A stretch of 64,000 nucleotides of DNA, from NCBI GenBank assembly GCA_964016885.1, contig OZ024742.1, positions 287,618,001 through 287,682,000 of the forward strand, in the 5' to 3' direction. The notes under the pieces are model-generated. The model was not told the DNA's origin, ran no database searches, and saw only the letters and a program-made list of their open reading frames with translations. Source of the stretch: Eledone cirrhosa. Taxonomy: Eukaryota. Position 1 is the first letter of the stretch; every line of letters begins with the position of its first letter. Shown here in pieces: positions 56,501 through 64,000 of this stretch. Both the position numbers and the translations under genes were made by a program.

Positions 56501-59500
56501 ACAGACACACACACAGTATTACAGTGTACAGACAGACACAACACAGTATTACAGTGTACAGACAGACACACACACAGTATTACAGTGTACAGACAGACAC
56601 ATACACAGTATTACAGTGTACAGACAGACACACACACACGGTATTACATTGTACAGACAGACACATACACACAGTATTACATTGTACAGACAGACACATA
56701 CACAGTATTACAGTGTACAGACAGACACACACACAGTGTTACAGTGTACAGACAGACACACACACAGTATTACAGTGTACAGACAGACACATACACAGTA
56801 TTACAGTGTACAGACAGACACACACATACATAGTATTACAGTATTACAGTGTACAGACAGACAAACACACAGTATTACAGTGAACAGACATCACACACAC
56901 AGTATTACAGTGTACAGACAGTCACACACACAGTATAATAGTGTACAGACAGACACAACACAGTATTACATTGTACAGACAGACACATACACAGTATTAC
57001 AGTGTACAGACAGACACACACACAGTATTACAGTGTACAGACAGACACACACACAGTATTACAGTGTACAGACCGACACAACACAGTATTACAGTGTACA
57101 GACAGACACACACACAGTATTACAGTAAACAGACATCACACACACAGTATTACAGTGTACAGACAGACACACACACAGTATAATAGTGTACAGACAGACA
57201 CAACACAGTATTACAGTGTACAGACAGACACATACACAGTATTACAGTGTACAGACAGGCACATACACAGTATTACAGTGTACACACAAACACACACACA
57301 GTATTACACTGTACAGACAGACACCCACAAAGTGTTACACTGTACAGACAGACACACACACAGTATTACAGTGTACAGACAGACACATACATAGTATTAC
57401 AGTGTACAGACAGGCACATACACAGTATTACAGTGTACAGACAGACACATACACAATATTACAGTGTACAGACAGACACACACACAGTATTACAGTGTAC
57501 AGACAGTCACGTACACAGTATTACAGTGTACAGACAGACACACACATACTTAGTATTACAGTATTACAGTGTACAGACAGACACACACACAGTATTACAT
57601 TGAACAGACAGACAGGCACATACACAGTATTACAGTGTACTGACAGACACACATACACAGTATTACAGTGTACAGATAGACACATACACACAGTATTACA
57701 GTTTACAGACAGACACACACACAGTATAACAGTGTACTGACAGACACACACACAGTATTACAGTGAATAGACAAACACACACACAGTATTACAGTGTACA
57801 GACAGACACATACACAGTATAACAGTTTACAGACCGACACACACACAGTATTACAGTGTACAGACAGACACATACACAGTATTACAGTGTACAGACAGAC
57901 ACATACACAGTATAACAGTGTACAGACAGACACACACACAGTATTACAGTGTACAGACAGACACACACACAGTATTACAGTGTACAGACAGACACATACA
58001 CAGTATAACTGTACACAGACTGACACATACACAGTATTACAGTGTACAGACAGACAAACACACAGTACAACAGTGTACAGACAGACACATACACACATTA
58101 TTACAGTGTACAGACCGACACATACATACAGTATTACAGTGTACAGACAGACACACACACAGTATTACAGTGTACAGACAGACACACACACAGTATTACA
58201 GTGTACAGACAGACACACACACAGTATTACAGTGTACAGACAGACACATACACAGTATTACATTGTACAGACAGACACACACACAGTATTACACTGTACA
58301 GATGACACATACACACAGTATTACAGTGTACAGACAGACACATACACAGTATAACAGTATACATACAGACACACACACAGTATTACAGTGTACTGATGAC
58401 ACATACACACAGAATTACAGTGTACAGATAGACACACACACAGTATTACAGTGTACAGACCGACACGTACACACAGGATAACAGTGTACAGACAGACACA
58501 TACATAGTATTACAGTGTACAGACAGACACACACACCGTATTACAGTGTACAGACCGACACATACACACAGGATAACAGTGTACAGACACACACTTACAT
58601 AGTATTACAGTATACAGACAGACACGCACACAGTATTACAGTGTACAGACCGACACATACACACAGGATAACAGTGTACAGACACACACATACATAGTAT
58701 TACAGTATACAGACATACACACACACCGTATTACAGTGTACAGACCGACACATACACACAGGATAACAGTGTACAGACACACACATACATAGTATTACAG
58801 TATACAGACAGACACACACACAGTATTACAGTGTACAGACCGACACATCCACACAGGATAACAGTGTACAGACACACACATACATAGTATTACAGTATAC
58901 AGACAGACACACACACAGTATTACAGTGTACAGATCGACACATACACACAGGATAACAGTGTACAGACACACACATACAGAGTATTACAGTATACAGACA
59001 GACACACACACAGTATTACAGTGTACAGACCGACACATACACACAGGATAACAGTGTACAGACACACACATACATAGTATTACAGTGTACAGACAGACAC
59101 ACACACAGTATTACAGTGTACAGACAGACACACACACAGTATAGTAGTGTACAGACAGACACAACACAGTATTACATTGTACAGACAGACACATACACAG
59201 TATTACAGTGTACATACAGACACACACACAGTATTACAGTGTACAGACAGACACACACACAGTATTACAGTGTACAGACCGACACAACACAGTATTACAG
59301 TGTACAGACATACACACACACAGTATTACAGTAAACAGACATCACACACACAGTATTACAGTGTACAGACAGACACAACACAGTATTACAGTGTACAGAC
59401 AGGCACATACACAGTATTACAGTGTACACACAAACATACACACAGTATTACACTGTACAGACAGACACACAGACAGTGTTACACTGTACAGACAGACACA

Positions 59501-61975
59501 CACACAGTATTACAGTGTACAGACAGACACATACATAGTATTACAGTGTACAGACAGGCACATACACAGTATTACAGTGTACAGACAAACACACACACAG
59601 TATTACAGTGTACAGACAGACACACACGCAGTATTACAGTGTACAGACAGACACACACACAGTATTACAGTGTACAGACAGACACATACACAATATTACA
59701 GTTTACAGACAGACACACACACAGTATTACAGTGTACAGACAGTCACGTACACAGTATTACAGTGTACAGACAGACACACACATACTTAGTATTACAGTA
59801 TTACAGTGTACAGACAGACACACACCCAGTATTACATTGAACAGACAGACAGGCACATACACAGTATTACAGTGTACTGACAAACACATAGACACAGTAT
59901 TACAGTTTACAGACAGACACACACACAGTATAACAGTGTACTGACAGACACACACACAGTATTACAGTGAATAGACAAACACACACACAGTATTACAGTG
60001 AACAGACAGACACATACACAGTATAACAGTTTACAGACCGACACACACACAGTATTACAGTGTACAGACAGACACATACACAGTATTACAGTGTACAGAC
60101 AGACACATACACAGTATAACAGTGTACAGACAGACACACACACAGTATTACAGTGTACAGACAGACACACACACAGTATTACAGTGTACAGACAGACACA
60201 TACACAGTATAACTGTACACAGACTGACACATACACAGTATTACAGTGTACAGACAGACAGACACACAGTATAACAGTGTACAGACAGACACATACACAC
60301 ATTATTACAGTGTACAGACCGACACATACATACAGTATTACAGTGTACAGACAGACACACACACAGTATTACAGTGTACAGACAGACACACACACAGTAT
60401 TACAGTGTACAGACAGCCACATACACAGTATTACATTGAACAGACAGACACACACACAGTATTACAGTGTACTGATGACACATACACACAGAATTACAGT
60501 GTACAGATAGACCTACACACACAGTATTACAGTGTACAGACCGACACATACACACAGGATAACAGTGTACAGACAGACACATACATAGTATTACAGTGTA
60601 CAGACAGACACACACACCGTATTACAGTGTACAGACCGACACATACACACAGGATAACAGTGTACAGACACACACTTACATAGTATTACAGTATACAGAC
60701 AGACACGCACACAGTATTACAGTGTACAGACCGACACATACACACAGGATAACAGTGTACAGACACACACATACATAGTATTACAGTATACAGACAGACA
60801 CACACACCGTATTACAGTGTACAGACCGACACATACACACAGGATAACAGTGTACAGACACACACATACATAGTATTACAGTATACAGACAGACACGCAC
60901 ACAGTATTACAGTGTACAGACCGACACATACACACAGGATAACAGTGTACAGACACACACATACATAGTATTACTGTATACAGACAGACACACACACAGT
61001 ATTACAGTGTACAGACCGACACATCCACACAGGATAACAGTGTACAGACACACACATACATAGTATTACAGTATACAGACAGACACACACACAGTATTAC
61101 AGTGTACAGACCGACACATACACACAGGATAACAGTGTACAGACACACACATACATAGTATTACAGTGTACAGACAGACACACACACAGAATTACAGTGT
61201 ACAGACAGATACATACACACAGGATAACAGTGTACAGACACAAACAGTATTACAGTATACAGACAGACACACACACAGCATTACAGTGTACAGACCGACA
61301 CTTACACACAGGATAACAGTGTACAGACACACACAGTATTACAGTATACAGACAGACACACACACAGTATTACAGTGTACAGACCGACACTTACACACAG
61401 GATAACAGTGTACAGACACACACAGTATTACAGTATACAGACAGACACACACACAGTATTACAGTGTACAGACCGACACTTACACACAGGATAACAGTGT
61501 ACAGACACACACAGTATTACAGTATACAGACAGACACACACACAGTATTACAGTGTACATACAGACACACACACAGTATTACAGTATACAGACAGACACA
61601 CACACACAGTATTACAGTGTTCAGACCGACACTTACACACAGGATAACAGTGTACAGACACACACAGGATAACAGTGTACAGACAGACACATACACAGTA
61701 TTACAGTATACAGACAGACACACACACAGTATTACAGTGTACAGACAGACACGCACACAGTATTACAGTGTACAGACCGACACTTACACACAGGATAACA
61801 GTGTACAGACAGACACATACATAGTATTACAGTATACATACAGACACATACACAGTATTACAGTGTACAGACAGACACACACATACATAGTATTACAGTA
61901 TACAGACAGCCACATACACACACACTATTACAGTGCACACACAGACACATACACACAGTATTACAATTTACACAT
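36078..61975 (+). repeat. ~26-kb satellite array, modal 31-bp unit ACAGTATTACAGTGTACAGACAGACACACAC
   Basis: Continuous tandem repeat with unit-length variation in the (CA)n part and kb-scale internal duplications. Confidence 0.98.
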
Positions 61976-63150
61976 AGACGTACATGCACACACAAAGTAA
62001 TACAGTGTACACACACATTACACAATGCCCACACATACATTACATACACACAGTAATACAGTGTACACATCACACATACGAACATACGGACAGTAATACA
62101 GTGTACACAACACACATACATACATACATACATACATACATACATACATACATACATACAGTAATACAGTGTACACAACAAACATACGTTCATACTGACA
62201 GTAATACAGTGTACACAACACACATACATACATACAGTAATACAGTGTACACATCACACATACATACATACACACAGTAATACAGTGTACACAGCACACA
62301 TACGTACATACAGACAGTAATACAGTGTACACAACACACATACATACATACAGTAATACAGTAATACAGTGTACACATCACACATGCGTACACACAAAGT
62401 AATACAGTGTACACACACATTACACAATGCACACACACACAGACATACATACACACAGTAATACAGTGTACACAACACACATACGTACATACAGACAATA
62501 ATACAGTGTACACAACAAACATACGTACATACACGAAGTAATAGAGCGTACACACATATTACACAGTGTACACACAGACATCATGCACATAGTAATACAG
62601 TGTACACATCACGCATACGTACATACCCACAGTAATACAGTTTACACATCACACAGTAATACAGTGTACACGTCACACAGTAATACAGTTTACACATCAC
62701 CCAGTAATACAGTGTACACGTCACACAGTAATACAGTGTACACGTCACACATACGTACATACCCACAGTAATACAGTGTACACATCACACAGTAATACAG
62801 TGTACACATCACACAGTAATACAGTTTACACATCACACAGTAATACAGTGTACACGTCACACATACGTACATACACACAGTAATACAGTGTAAACATCAC
62901 ACAGTAATACAGTGTAAACATCACACAGTAATACAGTGTACGCGTCACACATACGTACATACACACAGTAATACAGTGTACACAACACATACGTACATAC
63001 ACAAAATAATAAAGCGTACACACACATTACACAGTGTGCACACAGACATACATGCACATAGTAATACAGTGTACACACAGACGTACATACACACAGACAG
63101 TATACAAAACACAGACACACACAATCCCAGATACATACAGACACATACAT
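61976..63150 (+). repeat. Diverged satellite border, core ACAGTAATACAGTGTACAC
   Basis: Related core with a TATTAC->TAATAC change and variable spacers. Confidence 0.9.
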
Positions 63151-63426
63151 CTGTCGGTTGTTTTGTTTTCAATTTTGTCAGTCAGCCCGCCCAGCCGAAC
63201 CTCCTGTTAATAACAACACTTCCTTCCCTTTACCTAACGACTTTATTATATACACCCGATATCTCTCCACTTCCTCCTCCTATTCCTCCACTCCTTCCTT
63301 ACTCCTCCCCTCCTCCTTTTTCTTCTTCCTCTCCTTCTTCTTCAGACAACGCTCATGTTTTCCACTCCAAACACCACCACCAGCACCACCATAACTATTA
63401 TCACCATCACAACGACCACTTCAACC

Positions 63427-63495
63427 GCTGCTGCTGCTGCTGCTGCTGTAGTATTCTATTGCTGCTGTTAACACTATTGTTGTTGTTATTACTAC

Positions 63496-63526
<31 letters not shown>

Positions 63527-63650
63527 AGTGGTCTTCTTACTGGTGCTATTGCTGCTGCTACCACTACTGCTACTGCTACTACCACCACTACTACTACTAT
63601 TACTATTGTCACTGGTGATAATAATCATGACGATCATGACGATGATGCTG
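63427..63650. repeat. Compound (CTG)n/(CTA)n/(GAT)n low-complexity region
   Basis: Direct reading. Confidence 0.9.
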
Positions 63651-64000
63651 GTCTGTTAAATCTTGCGTTGTTTTAAAATCCGTGTTAGCAGAGGAGAGAG
63701 AGATATCGTGCCAAGTTATATCACTGCTTATTTGGATATCATTATTATTATATATTATATATTATATATTACTTTTTTTTTTTAAACAACAAAAAAAAAA
63801 GATAGAAAAATAACAAGAAACGACCCCCACCCCGGAAAAAAAGGAAGAAGGAATTCAATACAAAAAGTAAACCAAAAAAAAAAAAAAAAAAAAAACAACC
63901 ACACACTTATACACACTGCTGCTGTTGCAGTTCTTTAATTTCGTGTGACATCAAGCTAAAACAACAACAACGACAACAAAATATTACTCGCTGATTTTTC

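Noticed and set aside
36078-63150. Long ORFs up to 471 aa (QYYSVQTDTHTVLQCTDRHTHSITVYR repeats)
   Set aside because: The 31-bp unit simply lacks stop codons, so all frames cycle through the same peptide. Frames break randomly and there is no evidence of coding.
62976-63659. 227-aa ORF with His/Cys/Leu runs resembling a membrane protein
   Set aside because: It is composed of satellite border and trinucleotide repeats, with no domain signature.

Overview
AT-rich, repeat-dominated eukaryotic DNA with no recognisable host protein-coding gene. The SINE types and dense (TA)n/(CA)n tracts resemble a cephalopod (Octopus-like) genome; this is inference. The first ~35 kb is a nest of retroelement remnants. 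These include two copies of a Neptune-like Penelope element (RT + GIY-YIG), fragments of Naiad-type Penelope elements, a GC-rich CRE-type non-LTR retrotransposon, RTE and CR1/L2-type LINE 3' ends, tRNA-derived SINEs, a pogo/Tigger-like MITE and a probable non-autonomous Helitron filled with a 27-bp minisatellite. Many short fold-back elements sit in (TA)n tracts, and several carry minimal type I hammerhead ribozyme motifs. A ~200-bp hairpin+tail family occurs six times; one copy encloses the START of a Naiad-like ORF in the polarity opposite to the usual Penelope truncation pattern. Positions 36-63 kb are a 31-bp satellite with kb-scale higher-order duplications. Nearly all ORFs in the supplied track outside the transposons are simple-repeat artefacts. 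All alignments and folds were done by eye.
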